Source: a virus (taxonomy: Duplodnaviria; Heunggongvirae; Uroviricota; Caudoviricetes). From it: a stretch of 39,993 nucleotides of DNA. The position numbers and the translations under genes were made by a program. The notes beneath the pieces are model-generated. The model was not told the origin of the DNA and made no database searches. It saw only the letters and a program-made list of their open reading frames with translations. The DNA lies in the IMG/VR virus record IMGVR_UViG_2623620506_000005, positions 1 to 39,993 of that record; one strand, written 5' to 3'. Below, piece by piece: positions 1 through 8,325 of this stretch (position 1 is its first letter; each line of letters opens with the position of its first letter).

Positions 1-248
1 ACCCGGTGTCCTCAACGGGGAAGGAATAACCCCGCCATACTTACCGCCGCGCCATTTCGCGGAGTGCCACAACCGGAAGCGCATGGTCGAATTAAATTTA
101 ACGACACCGTACAGTGAGACGAATTTCGCCGTGCGCTTTCGTGTTGTGTGCCTGCTTTTTAACCACGTCAGGCGAGGTGGTTCCTGTTATTCCCCAACAA
201 CAAGAAATTTGTATAATCCGGATACCCCAACAACAAAGAGAGTTAAGA

Positions 249-767
249 ATGCTATCTGGAATAACTTCATCAATAACGGCAATTAAAGCCTCGATTGATT
301 TATTACAGGTAATACTTGATGCAAAAAGCCAATCTGAACGTGAAAAGGCTGTCTACGAAATGCGTCGCCAACTGGCAGACTTACAAATACAGAACGCAGA
401 GCTAGCGAAAACGCTCGCGCTTCAGTACGAGGAAATACTCTTGCTTAAGCAAAAATGTCATGAAATTGACGAGCGTAATCGAAAACTTGAATGCTATACG
501 ATACACAAAACTGGTTTTGGGCATTTTGTCTATGCTTTCAGGAACAGCCTCGACGAAGAAGACACATGTTTTCACTATGCCTGTCCCAATTGCTATCAGC
601 ATGGTGTAATAGCAATACTTCAACCTGTTGAAATTGATGAGCATGATAAGTTCCATATTTCTAAATGCCTGAAATGTGATTCGCACTTTAAATTTGAACG
701 CAATGATGACTATATACCGCCCCCATCTGTAGAAGAGATAGGGAGAGCATTGAGCAGTAATCCGTAG
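249..767 (+). CDS. hypothetical protein, predicted coiled-coil with C-terminal Cys-rich zinc-ribbon-like motif
   Basis: ORF 114-767; internal ATG at 249 chosen as start. Heptad-like region (LADLQIQNAELAKTLALQYEEILLLKQK) and CPNC...CLKCDSH cysteine pairs. No family recognised. Confidence 0.4.
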   Translation: MLSGITSSITAIKASIDLLQVILDAKSQSEREKAVYEMRRQLADLQIQNAELAKTLALQYEEILLLKQKCHEIDERNRKLECYTIHKTGFGHFVYAFRNSLDEEDTCFHYACPNCYQHGVIAILQPVEIDEHDKFHISKCLKCDSHFKFERNDDYIPPPSVEEIGRALSSNP

Positions 768-1001
768 GTTATTGCTGTTGTGGATATCCAGATTGTTAAA
801 GAGCATGCCGGAAGGTTATCCGTGTCTGGCGCACGACCACACGTAGCAGCGTGTTGGTCTCCATTTTTTAGATCTCTAATGGAGGATAAAATGTCAGAAC
901 AATTTAGCCCCCTGTTGAGGCCTGCCTCAGCAGCACAACAGGTCGTGCTTGAAGTTGTTCGCGCGGGTAGTTGTACGACAAAACACAACTTTCTGAACTT
1001 T

Positions 1002-1199
1002 TTACACACATGCTTGACCATTACCGTGCTGAGGCGAAACGCCAGGAGCAGGAAAATAAAGCTCAATAAAAGCTGTTTTAATGCTCTGAGCCAGTGTGAT
1101 TGCTGGCTCTTTTTGTGTTGAATCTAGGTCTACTAATTTTTGACGAAGACAGTCTGTAGCAATAACCTGCAAATCTGAGGGTAAATCTTTAAATTCCAT
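1002..1199 (-). CDS. hypothetical small protein
   Basis: 65-aa ORF tightly packed on the minus strand with the two small ORFs upstream of it, suggesting a leftward early operon. Confidence 0.3.
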   Translation of the reverse strand: MEFKDLPSDLQVIATDCLRQKLVDLDSTQKEPAITLAQSIKTAFIELYFPAPGVSPQHGNGQACV

Positions 1200-1210
1200 C
1201 TTTAACCCCG

Positions 1211-1339
1211 TTAGTCGATAGATTTTGTCGAACTGGAAAGCGCCTGTTTAAACTCACTGAAGCTGAGAGCTTCTTCGCCTTCGGCAAGGCCTTCGAAGTA
1301 TTCTTCGTAAGCCTTTTCCATGATTGCGTCGAAATCCAT
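1211..1339 (-). CDS. small acidic hypothetical protein (42 aa)
   Basis: Not in ORF track (<60 aa). ATG at 1339 directly after the stop of the upstream ORF; translation MDFDAIMEKAYEEYFEGLAEGEEALSFSEFKQALSSSTKSID; stop 1211-1213. Confidence 0.3.
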   Translation of the reverse strand: MDFDAIMEKAYEEYFEGLAEGEEALSFSEFKQALSSSTKSID

Positions 1340-1340
1340 A

Positions 1341-1577
1341 TCACTCACCTGAGTTTCTTTCCAGCCAGCGACGGGCACCATTTTCGGTTTTAAACGTTTT
1401 GCTTTTGTTATACGTCATCGCGGTGAACGTACCGTCCTGGTTGGGGAACACGCCACATACCAGAGATTCGCTGTTGCCAAGATCGATAGTATCCATGCTG
1501 ACCTCATTTCCCCTTAACGCCGGGGTAGCGGAACAAAAACCTGCTGCATAGTTATTAAAGTTGAACCCTGCCGTCAT
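1341..1577 (-). CDS. hypothetical small protein
   Basis: 78-aa ORF, first gene of the leftward minus-strand cluster downstream of the repressor gene. Confidence 0.35.
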   Translation of the reverse strand: MTAGFNFNNYAAGFCSATPALRGNEVSMDTIDLGNSESLVCGVFPNQDGTFTAMTYNKSKTFKTENGARRWLERNSGE

Positions 1578-1707
1578 GTTCTTACGCCTCGGGCTGGCTA
1601 CTTAACCCCTGACCACTGCCTGGTAACTCGAAGTATTGCCCTGCATTCTGTGGGGCGGGGTGAGGGAATGAATGAAGTTTAGAAAAATGAACATTTAAGG
1701 TCAATGT

Positions 1708-1723
1708 TTTTTTATCAAAACAT
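1708..1723. promoter_or_regulatory. candidate left operator site (OL-like)
   Basis: Reverse complement (GTTTTGATAAAAAAAC) matches the 16-bp operator-like sites found between the repressor and cro-like genes. Confidence 0.3.
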
Positions 1724-1788
1724 TTTAAGCAGGCAGCTGTTACGCCATCACTACGATGGCATACAGTTAATCAAATAGATGAGGTTGG

Positions 1789-2427
1789 TTAAATATCTTG
1801 TTGAATTTTAAAGCATACTCCCAATATGCAAGATAGATCATCCAGCATAATTGAAGGGTAGCGAGGATTCGTGGGGACTAAAAGAATATCCGGCCCTTCT
1901 ATCTCCAGTTTGCGAATGACAGGCGTTGTGGTCCCTTTGGGTAAGGCAAGGACAATATTTCCTGGTTGTACGATTCGATCGGGATCAACAAAAACTGTTG
2001 AACCATTTGGGATGGAAACTCCACCACCAGATGTCGACATACTGTCACTCTCTAGAACAACAGCAAAGGTATTGGCCGGGATTTCTCCGACAAGCTGCAC
2101 ACAAGAGGTTATTGAGGAATTTTTCATATAATCACTCCAGCTTGCTGCCTGCTGAAGTGATAGTAGCGGAACCGTTTTTATCGGCGGTAAAGATAGATCA
2201 AGCGAATCACCTGTATTTAACTCTCCTCCATTAAGAAGCCAATTTTCGTTTACTTTCAATATCTTTGCCAGTGAACTTATGTAACGCGAGGACGGCGCTC
2301 CTCCACCGTTCATCCATTGACTTACGGAGCCTTTTGATGCGCCAGTGGCATTGACAAGGTCTTTGCCTTTCAAGTTTAGCGCATGCATACGTTGGGTTAT
2401 GCGTTCAGATATTGTTTGCTTGTTCAT
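1789..2427 (-). CDS. cI: CI-like phage repressor (N-terminal HTH, C-terminal S24 LexA-like peptidase domain)
   Basis: 212 aa. N-terminal HTH (LKGKDLVNATGASKGSVSQWMNG); C-terminal S24-type region with Ser in LESDSMSTSGG and Lys in VIRKLEIEG; divergent from a cro-like gene. Confidence 0.85.
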   Translation of the reverse strand: MNKQTISERITQRMHALNLKGKDLVNATGASKGSVSQWMNGGGAPSSRYISSLAKILKVNENWLLNGGELNTGDSLDLSLPPIKTVPLLSLQQAASWSDYMKNSSITSCVQLVGEIPANTFAVVLESDSMSTSGGGVSIPNGSTVFVDPDRIVQPGNIVLALPKGTTTPVIRKLEIEGPDILLVPTNPRYPSIMLDDLSCILGVCFKIQQDI

Positions 2428-2489
2428 GTTTTGATTTTAAAACACAGATGGTTTTGTTTCTTGACTTTCTTTGGTTTTGATTATTAAAC
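2428..2489. promoter_or_regulatory. tripartite operator/promoter region between repressor and cro-like gene (OR-like)
   Basis: GTTTTGATTTTAAAAC (2428-2443), GTTTTGTTTCTTGAC (2451-2465) and GTTTTGATTATTAAAC (2474-2489) recur at 23-bp spacing; TTGACT at 2461-2466 is a possible -35. Confidence 0.5.
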
Positions 2490-2518
2490 TTTTGGCGTTC
2501 AGTTTTATGGAGCGACTC

Positions 2519-2761
2519 ATGAAAAAATCAGAAGTATTAGGCTATTTTGGCGGAGTTGTTAAAACAGCCGCCGCTCTAGGAACGTCAAAAACCACAGTCA
2601 GCATGTGGGGGGAAGACGTTCCGTGGAAATGGGCGTTGCTAATTCAGGCAGTCACTGCCGGGGCGCTCAAATATGAGTTACACATACCGACGGTTGTCAT
2701 TCCCGATTCTGATCATAATCCGCCTTCTAACCAAGGGGGGATTCATGAAAATCAAGCATGA
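2519..2761 (+). CDS. Cro/YdaS-like DNA-binding protein
   Basis: ORF 2471-2761; ATG 2519 preferred (GGAG RBS). HTH-like segment VVKTAAALGTSKTTVSMWGEDVPWKW; divergent from the repressor. Start uncertain (2507 also possible). Confidence 0.6.
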   Translation: MKKSEVLGYFGGVVKTAAALGTSKTTVSMWGEDVPWKWALLIQAVTAGALKYELHIPTVVIPDSDHNPPSNQGGIHENQA

Positions 2762-3170
2762 ACACATCCGCATGGCGATGAATGCCTGGGCGCATCCGGA
2801 CGGCGAAAAAGTACCGACTGCGAAGATTACCAAAGCGTATTTCGAACTGGGTATGACGTTCCCGGAACTGTATGACGACAGCCATCCGGAAGCCCTGGCT
2901 CGCAATACCCAGAAAATTTTCCGCTGGATAGAGAAAGACACCCCTGATGCAGTTGAAAAAATTCAGGCGTTGTTACCAGCGATCGAAAAGGCAATGCCAC
3001 CTTTGCTGGTGGCCAGAATGCGCAGCCACAGTTCAACTTATTTTCGGGAGCTGGTGGAGACGCGGGAGCGACTGGTGAGAGACGCTGATGATTTTGTCGC
3101 AGTGGCAATCGCCGGTTTCAATCAGATGAACCGTGGTGGCCCGGCAGGAAATGCTGTGGCAGTGCATTGA
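2745..3170 (+). CDS. CII-like / YdaT-family early regulatory protein (tentative)
   Basis: ATG 2745 after a strong RBS (AAGGGGGG). Position after cro and N-terminus MKIKHEHI resemble YdaT-type proteins of Rac-like prophages, from memory only. Confidence 0.45.
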   Translation: MKIKHEHIRMAMNAWAHPDGEKVPTAKITKAYFELGMTFPELYDDSHPEALARNTQKIFRWIEKDTPDAVEKIQALLPAIEKAMPPLLVARMRSHSSTYFRELVETRERLVRDADDFVAVAIAGFNQMNRGGPAGNAVAVH

Positions 3171-3241
3171 GTGATAATAGCCATATCGAATCGCTTCCGG
3201 CAACTCGTGAGTAAAAAGATTCGGTATCAGAAGAGGTGAGT

Positions 3242-4312
3242 ATGGCTAACGCCTGGCTCAGATTATGGCATGACATGCCAAATGACCCTAAGTGGCGAAC
3301 AATTGCCAGGGTGTCAGGGCAGCCAATTGCAACAGTGATGGCAGTGTATATCCACCTCCTGGTGAGCGCGTCACGAAATGTCACGCGAGGTCACATTGAT
3401 GTCACGACAGAAGATTTAGCAAGTGCGCTCGACGTGACAGAAGAGGTAATTGATTCAATTTTGCAGACGATGCAGGGGCGGGTACTTGATGGTGATTTAA
3501 TCACTGGATGGGAAAAACGCCAGGTGCTGAAAGAGGACAACGGCAATATTTCGCAAACCGCAAAATCTCCTGCAGAGCGCAAGAGGGCGCAGCGAGAGAG
3601 GGAAAGAAAGCGGGAACAAAATGGCGATTGTCACGGCGCGTCACGAAATGTCACGCACATGTCACGACGAGTCACGACAGATAAAGATACAGATAAAGAT
3701 ACAGATCAAGAAGATCAAAACACTATGGTCCATGGCGTAAAAAACGCCACGAACCAGGCAGGGGATGTTCAGACCGCCAATCCTGGTCAGCCAGCAGGCA
3801 CGACACCGGAAGCCGATTCAGCGTATGCGCTGAAAGCCGATTCGGGCGCTGTGCAGCAGGTGATGACCGCAAGGCCGGAGCAATCACACCAACTGCAGCA
3901 GCCTGAAGCCGATTCCGCCATTCAGCGGGAAGCCGATCGGGTAGTCCCGGAAAACACCGGGCAGCCTGTGGGACGAGTGGATTATCCGGATGTGTTCGAG
4001 CAGGTCTGGCGGGAATACCCGTTACGAGCCGGGGCAAACCCGAAGAAATCCGCTTTCAGTGCCTGGAAGGCCAGATTACGCGAGGGGGTGCCACCAGAGG
4101 CCATGCTGGATGGTGTGAGGCGTTACACAAGATACCTGGCTGCTACCGGGAAAACGGGAACGGAATTTGTTCAGCGAGCGACGACGTTTTTTGGACCGGA
4201 CCGGAATTTTGAAAACCCCTGGTTGCTCCCGGTAAGCGGCACGAACAACCAGCGTTGTGTTAATCATATTTCTGAACCGGACACCGAAATTCCGCCGGGA
4301 TTCAGAGGGTAA
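3242..4312 (+). CDS. replication initiation protein (lambda O-like replisome organiser)
   Basis: ATG 3242 with GAGGTG RBS (track start 3236 is GTG). Position after cro/cII; GTCACG iteron clusters inside the gene, as in lambda O/ori. Confidence 0.6.
   Translation: MANAWLRLWHDMPNDPKWRTIARVSGQPIATVMAVYIHLLVSASRNVTRGHIDVTTEDLASALDVTEEVIDSILQTMQGRVLDGDLITGWEKRQVLKEDNGNISQTAKSPAERKRAQRERERKREQNGDCHGASRNVTHMSRRVTTDKDTDKDTDQEDQNTMVHGVKNATNQAGDVQTANPGQPAGTTPEADSAYALKADSGAVQQVMTARPEQSHQLQQPEADSAIQREADRVVPENTGQPVGRVDYPDVFEQVWREYPLRAGANPKKSAFSAWKARLREGVPPEAMLDGVRRYTRYLAATGKTGTEFVQRATTFFGPDRNFENPWLLPVSGTNNQRCVNHISEPDTEIPPGFRG
3370..3410. repeat. iteron cluster 1 (4 x GTCACG at about 10-bp spacing), candidate origin of replication
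   Basis: GTCACG at 3370, 3380, 3390, 3401. Confidence 0.6.
3630..3704. repeat. iteron cluster 2 (5 x GTCACG at 10-11-bp spacing) followed by a 12-bp tandem duplication
   Basis: GTCACG at 3630, 3640, 3650, 3661, 3671; then GATAAAGATACA x2 (3681-3704), encoding DKDTDKDT. Confidence 0.6.
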
Positions 4313-4349
4313 CAGATTTCAGGTCATGGGGTAATTTTCAGGAGGGCTT

Positions 4350-4766
4350 GTGGCAAAAGTTTTTACTCCCGAACTGCGGGAAGAAGTGAAGGCGCGCATT
4401 GTGGAACTGGTATGCAGAGATGGGCGAAAAACGCGTAAACAACTGGAAAATGAAACCGGGGCGACGAGACACCTGATAGAAGTTCTGGCGAAAGAGCTGG
4501 TAGTTAGTGGCGCAGTATATGGTTCAGGACATGGAATATTTCCTTCGGAGCAGGCCAGTAAGGACTGGGGAAAAGCCCGCAAAAAAATGTCGAGAGCGGC
4601 AGTGAAAAAGAAGAGCGACCCTGACCTGATTTATTCATTGCTAGATGGCGAAATACGCCGTTACAACAGACGACAGAATATAATTTGTCGCGAGTGTCGT
4701 CAGAGCGAAGTTATGCAGCGCATACTGGAATTTTATCAGGGAAATGTTCGGTATTTATTGAAGTGA
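4350..4766 (+). CDS. hypothetical protein with HTH-like segment, in the position of a replication accessory gene
   Basis: GTG 4350 preceded by GGAGGG RBS; 138 aa; no family recognised. Confidence 0.5.
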   Translation: MAKVFTPELREEVKARIVELVCRDGRKTRKQLENETGATRHLIEVLAKELVVSGAVYGSGHGIFPSEQASKDWGKARKKMSRAAVKKKSDPDLIYSLLDGEIRRYNRRQNIICRECRQSEVMQRILEFYQGNVRYLLK

Positions 4767-4902
4767 CGAAATTAAAGAGCATTAGTTCAGATATTAATTG
4801 ACACTTCGATGGCACAGGCCCAGACCTAGTCTGGTTGTCAGCTTTGAGTCAGGTGAACGTTGGTATCGTTAGTTTGTATTAATCAACGGAGAATAGGCCA
4901 AA

Positions 4903-4932
4903 TGACTTTTCTTTGCCTCTTTTAATTATAAT
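4903..4932 (+). promoter_or_regulatory. candidate sigma70 promoter for the 5001-7799 gene
   Basis: Perfect TATAAT at 4927-4932 with TGACTT about 18 bp upstream, in an AT-rich spacer. Confidence 0.3.
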
Positions 4933-5000
4933 TCAAGTTCAATTGATTACATTGAAGTACTAATGTGAGTCCGTCAAACAAATAGCTCAAGGAATAGGTC

Positions 5001-7799
5001 ATGTGGGGAAGTGAAAACAAACAAAATCTGGACGTACTGGATCCTGTGCAGTTGGTGCGTATCGAAGCGGTACACCGGGGGTTCCTTTACCAGCATCTTT
5101 ACGCTGTAGGCTGCTTACTTTTGGCGCAGAGGGCTGCTATGGACTCAGTAACTGTCGAGCTTGATGAGGATATTGAGCTGAAATCCAAACAGGAACGTCT
5201 CTACATTCAGGTTAAAACCCGTTCAAAGCCTATTATGCCCAACGATGTGTCGGGGGCTCTGGAGCGATTTGTAAAGCTCAGAAATGAGCATACTTCGGCA
5301 AACCGCGAAGGGGTGGCTTCTTTTGTGATTATTGTAAACCAGGCGCCTGGACCGCTGCTTCAGAAGATGATTGACGATAAAAAGCTTCCTTCTGATGTTC
5401 TTATTGTCTGGCCCCGGTCGACAGCTGGACGTCACCCGGCACTTCCGCCCGCATGGAGTACTCTGGCTGATGCGGCCACATGGTGTATCGCAGAAGCAGA
5501 AAAGCTGAAATTTTCACTATTGTCCCCAGAATCCTTGATTTGGAAGTTAGCAGGGTTGGTTCAGCTTGCCGCCACCGGAGGCGATACCAATGGACAACAT
5601 ACGTTTTTCACGGAGGAACTTACTGAACTATTTGAACAGTTGATCGTTCAGCTACAGGACTTTCCTGCACCACCAGCACTGTACCGCCCACAAAACGAAG
5701 AACCTTCTCTCACATCTGGTGAGCGGATCCGTATCCTTTGTGGACTCTCAGGTGCAGGCAAGACAGCGTGGGCCGCACAGGCCGCATTACACTCCACTGC
5801 ACTTTGTGCTTATTACGACACCGGTGATCTTCCCGGTCCAGCTCTGGCCAGTACGCTGGTGCGGGAGATGGCTGCTAGATTTACAGCCCGTGACCAAGAC
5901 GGTTTGCGCAGGATTTTGCTCCCCGGAGCCAGTGGTTTTGAGGCTCTTAGGAGTTTTGATACCTACCTGAAAGAGCAGGGTACCACCTTGGTGCTGGTTC
6001 TGGATAACGCCCATCGTGTACCTGCGGAAAATCTACGGGATGTTCTGAATGCAACTACACATATTCGTTTTGTGCTGTTGTGCCAGCCTCACGAAAACGT
6101 TCGCGAACTGGAGGTCATGACGGGGCTACAGCGCGAGGGCCTGCAGGGATGGAATCTCGATACGGTAGCTGTCGTTGTAAACGATATCGGAGGATTTGCC
6201 ACCGCTATGGGATACGAGCAGCTACGGGCTTACACTGGTGGTCTTCCCCTGTATGTAGAGAGCGCCGCAAAAATCGCCGTTTCTGACTATGAGCGTAGTG
6301 TCGATGCTCTGTGTGCTGAACTCCAGCAACAAACCCATACTGCGGAAACCGCCCAAGAAATTATTCTGTCACGTGTATTTCAGGGATTTGAATCACTACT
6401 TCAGAGCGCGCTGGCATTGTTCAGTCTCTCTGACGTAGGGCTGAGTCGCGAAGAGATTTCTACGCTCCTAATCAATTCGCTGAACATTTCACCAAGCAGT
6501 GCGGCTTCTTTAATTAGGAAAATGCGCGCTACTGGCACTATTGAAATTTATGGAAACCAGACCCTGAAGGTACATGATGCTGTCAGGGGGCTAGGACTGC
6601 AACATCTGGAACTGATGGATCAGGGTATATCGAACAAAGCGCTACTAGCGCTGAAAGACCTTTTAGTTGAAAGTCTTCATAATACCCGCAATACAAAACG
6701 GTTATCGTTGTTGACTCAACTTTATATTAAGCTTAATGATGTCACGACGTTGATCGAACTCTCAGGCCAAGAAATGTTTTATGAGATGGGCGTGACGGTC
6801 GACATTCTTGCAAGCTTGGAGCGTGCTGCAACATCGGACTTATTGGGACCTGTTCATAAATTCTGGGCATTGGATGGCCTTGTTTTCGTTGAGCTTAAAG
6901 ACGGAATATCCGACCACATTGCTCAGAGGTTAAACATCATGGGAGCTTTACTTGCGGAGCACAAGTTCGGCTATCAAGAAGAGATGGCCTATGCAATGAA
7001 ACGAATGTTATTTTCGGCAGAAAGCAATGATGCACGAGAAGTTCAAAAGCTGGCACAGGAAGTCCGCCCCCAACTCCCAGATGAAGAACATAAACGCATC
7101 TTTGACTACAACCATGCCATTGCACTCTGGAGATTAAAAAAACTCAAGGATGCTGAAACATTAAGCTGTAATGTTATACAAGGGTACTATTCTTTATTTG
7201 GTATCACACCTGCTGATGTCATAGGAAAAAACGCCGACGCATTATGGAAAACTATTAATCATTCCGAAAATATGCAGGAACACTTTAAACATATGGCTGA
7301 TGCTCTGGAGTTGCTGGCCAGAATTCGTGATGCGCAGGGAAAACTGTCACCATTACTGCGTATTCATTCGATGAAGTTCTACAATCTGGCCATGGCCCCG
7401 GAATCCATGGTCAGGGTGGGCCAAGATCTGGCGGATGAGTTTGTTGCCATAAAGGATTACGACGGTGCCAAGGAAGTCATGGAGCAACATGTCCTGCCGG
7501 TTGTCAATGAGGCAGGTCTAGTACATCGACTGATTCAGGTTCGAAGCCAGTACGCAGTCATATTGGCACTATCGGGTCAGCATAAAGCAGCTGATGTCGA
7601 AATGCAGCGCCTTGCTCCCTATATCGAAGGCCTCACAGGTGTACAGCGTCAAGAAATCCAAAATCAATCAAATTACATCGTACAGCTTGCCCATAAAGCA
7701 GCAAAGACTAAATTAACTGAAGTTTTTGGTGCGGTCGGCCGGAATGAACAATGCCCCTGTGGCTCGGGAATAAAGTACAAAAAATGTCACGGTGCCTGA
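5001..7799 (+). CDS. large multidomain protein: N-terminal PD-(D/E)xK-like nuclease domain (Cap4/DUF4297-like), P-loop NTPase, helical repeat region, C-terminal SEC-C zinc motif; candidate anti-phage defence protein
   Basis: 932 aa, AAGGA RBS. Residues 53-72 VELDEDIEL...IQVK (acidic cluster plus QxK); Walker A GLSGAGKT (248-255); Walker B-like LVLVLDNAH (331-338); about 550 aa helical region; C-terminal CPCGSGIKYKKCH. Confidence 0.7.
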   Translation: MWGSENKQNLDVLDPVQLVRIEAVHRGFLYQHLYAVGCLLLAQRAAMDSVTVELDEDIELKSKQERLYIQVKTRSKPIMPNDVSGALERFVKLRNEHTSANREGVASFVIIVNQAPGPLLQKMIDDKKLPSDVLIVWPRSTAGRHPALPPAWSTLADAATWCIAEAEKLKFSLLSPESLIWKLAGLVQLAATGGDTNGQHTFFTEELTELFEQLIVQLQDFPAPPALYRPQNEEPSLTSGERIRILCGLSGAGKTAWAAQAALHSTALCAYYDTGDLPGPALASTLVREMAARFTARDQDGLRRILLPGASGFEALRSFDTYLKEQGTTLVLVLDNAHRVPAENLRDVLNATTHIRFVLLCQPHENVRELEVMTGLQREGLQGWNLDTVAVVVNDIGGFATAMGYEQLRAYTGGLPLYVESAAKIAVSDYERSVDALCAELQQQTHTAETAQEIILSRVFQGFESLLQSALALFSLSDVGLSREEISTLLINSLNISPSSAASLIRKMRATGTIEIYGNQTLKVHDAVRGLGLQHLELMDQGISNKALLALKDLLVESLHNTRNTKRLSLLTQLYIKLNDVTTLIELSGQEMFYEMGVTVDILASLERAATSDLLGPVHKFWALDGLVFVELKDGISDHIAQRLNIMGALLAEHKFGYQEEMAYAMKRMLFSAESNDAREVQKLAQEVRPQLPDEEHKRIFDYNHAIALWRLKKLKDAETLSCNVIQGYYSLFGITPADVIGKNADALWKTINHSENMQEHFKHMADALELLARIRDAQGKLSPLLRIHSMKFYNLAMAPESMVRVGQDLADEFVAIKDYDGAKEVMEQHVLPVVNEAGLVHRLIQVRSQYAVILALSGQHKAADVEMQRLAPYIEGLTGVQRQEIQNQSNYIVQLAHKAAKTKLTEVFGAVGRNEQCPCGSGIKYKKCHGA

Positions 7800-8075
7800 G
7801 TCTTTGTACGACCATGCGGGCCTTATTGTCTTGCTATTGCTCTTATGGTTCGCCTTTCTGATTGATTTCATATTGGCGAGGTGACGGGAGTTAAGTAGAA
7901 TTGCTGCGGGTGCTTGAGGCTATCTGCCTCAGGCATGAACACCAAAGGCAGATAGAGAAAAGCCCCAGTTAACATTACGCGTCCTGCAAGACGCTTAACA
8001 TTAATCTGAGGCCATATCTATGCGACACATAGAGATTAGCCTCTTACGGACCGAAAGGTCAAGGAGAAGCAGGCT

Positions 8076-8231
8076 ATGAAGCAGCAAAAGGCGATGTTAA
8101 TCGCCCTGATCGTCATCTGTTTAACCGTCATAGTGACGGCACTGGTAACGAGGAAAGACCTCTGCGAGGTACGAATCCGAACCGGCCAGACGGAGGTCGC
8201 TGTCTTCACAGCTTACGAACCTGAGGAGTAA
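8076..8231 (+). CDS. hok: Hok/Gef-family type I toxin (small membrane toxin)
   Basis: 51 aa, MKQQKAMLIALIVICLTVIVTALVTRKDLCEVRIRTGQTEVAVFTAYEPEE; near-identical in pattern to remembered Gef/HokC. Not in ORF track (<60 aa). Confidence 0.85.
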   Translation: MKQQKAMLIALIVICLTVIVTALVTRKDLCEVRIRTGQTEVAVFTAYEPEE

Positions 8232-8300
8232 GAGACCAGGCGAGGGAGAAATCCCTCGCCACCTCTGATGTGTCAGGCATCCTCAATGCACCCGCACTTA

Positions 8301-8325
8301 ACCCGCTTCGGCGGGTTTATTTTAT
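8301..8325 (+). terminator. rho-independent terminator downstream of hok
   Basis: Hairpin ACCCGC-TTCG-GCGGGT followed by a T-run. Confidence 0.6.

Noticed and set aside
780-1121. 113-aa plus-strand ORF and 118-aa minus ORF (710-1066) between the first gene and the small leftward ORFs
   Set aside because: Mutually overlapping and overlapping the better-packed minus-strand ORF at 1002-1199; the coding strand here cannot be decided by eye, so neither is reported.
5001-7799. Possibility that the 932-aa protein is an SMC/ABC-type ATPase (Lamassu LmuB-like) or a helicase
   Set aside because: No ABC signature (LSGGQ-like) or helicase motif series seen by eye; only Walker A and a Walker B-like hhhhDN were found, more consistent with a STAND/AAA-type P-loop NTPase.
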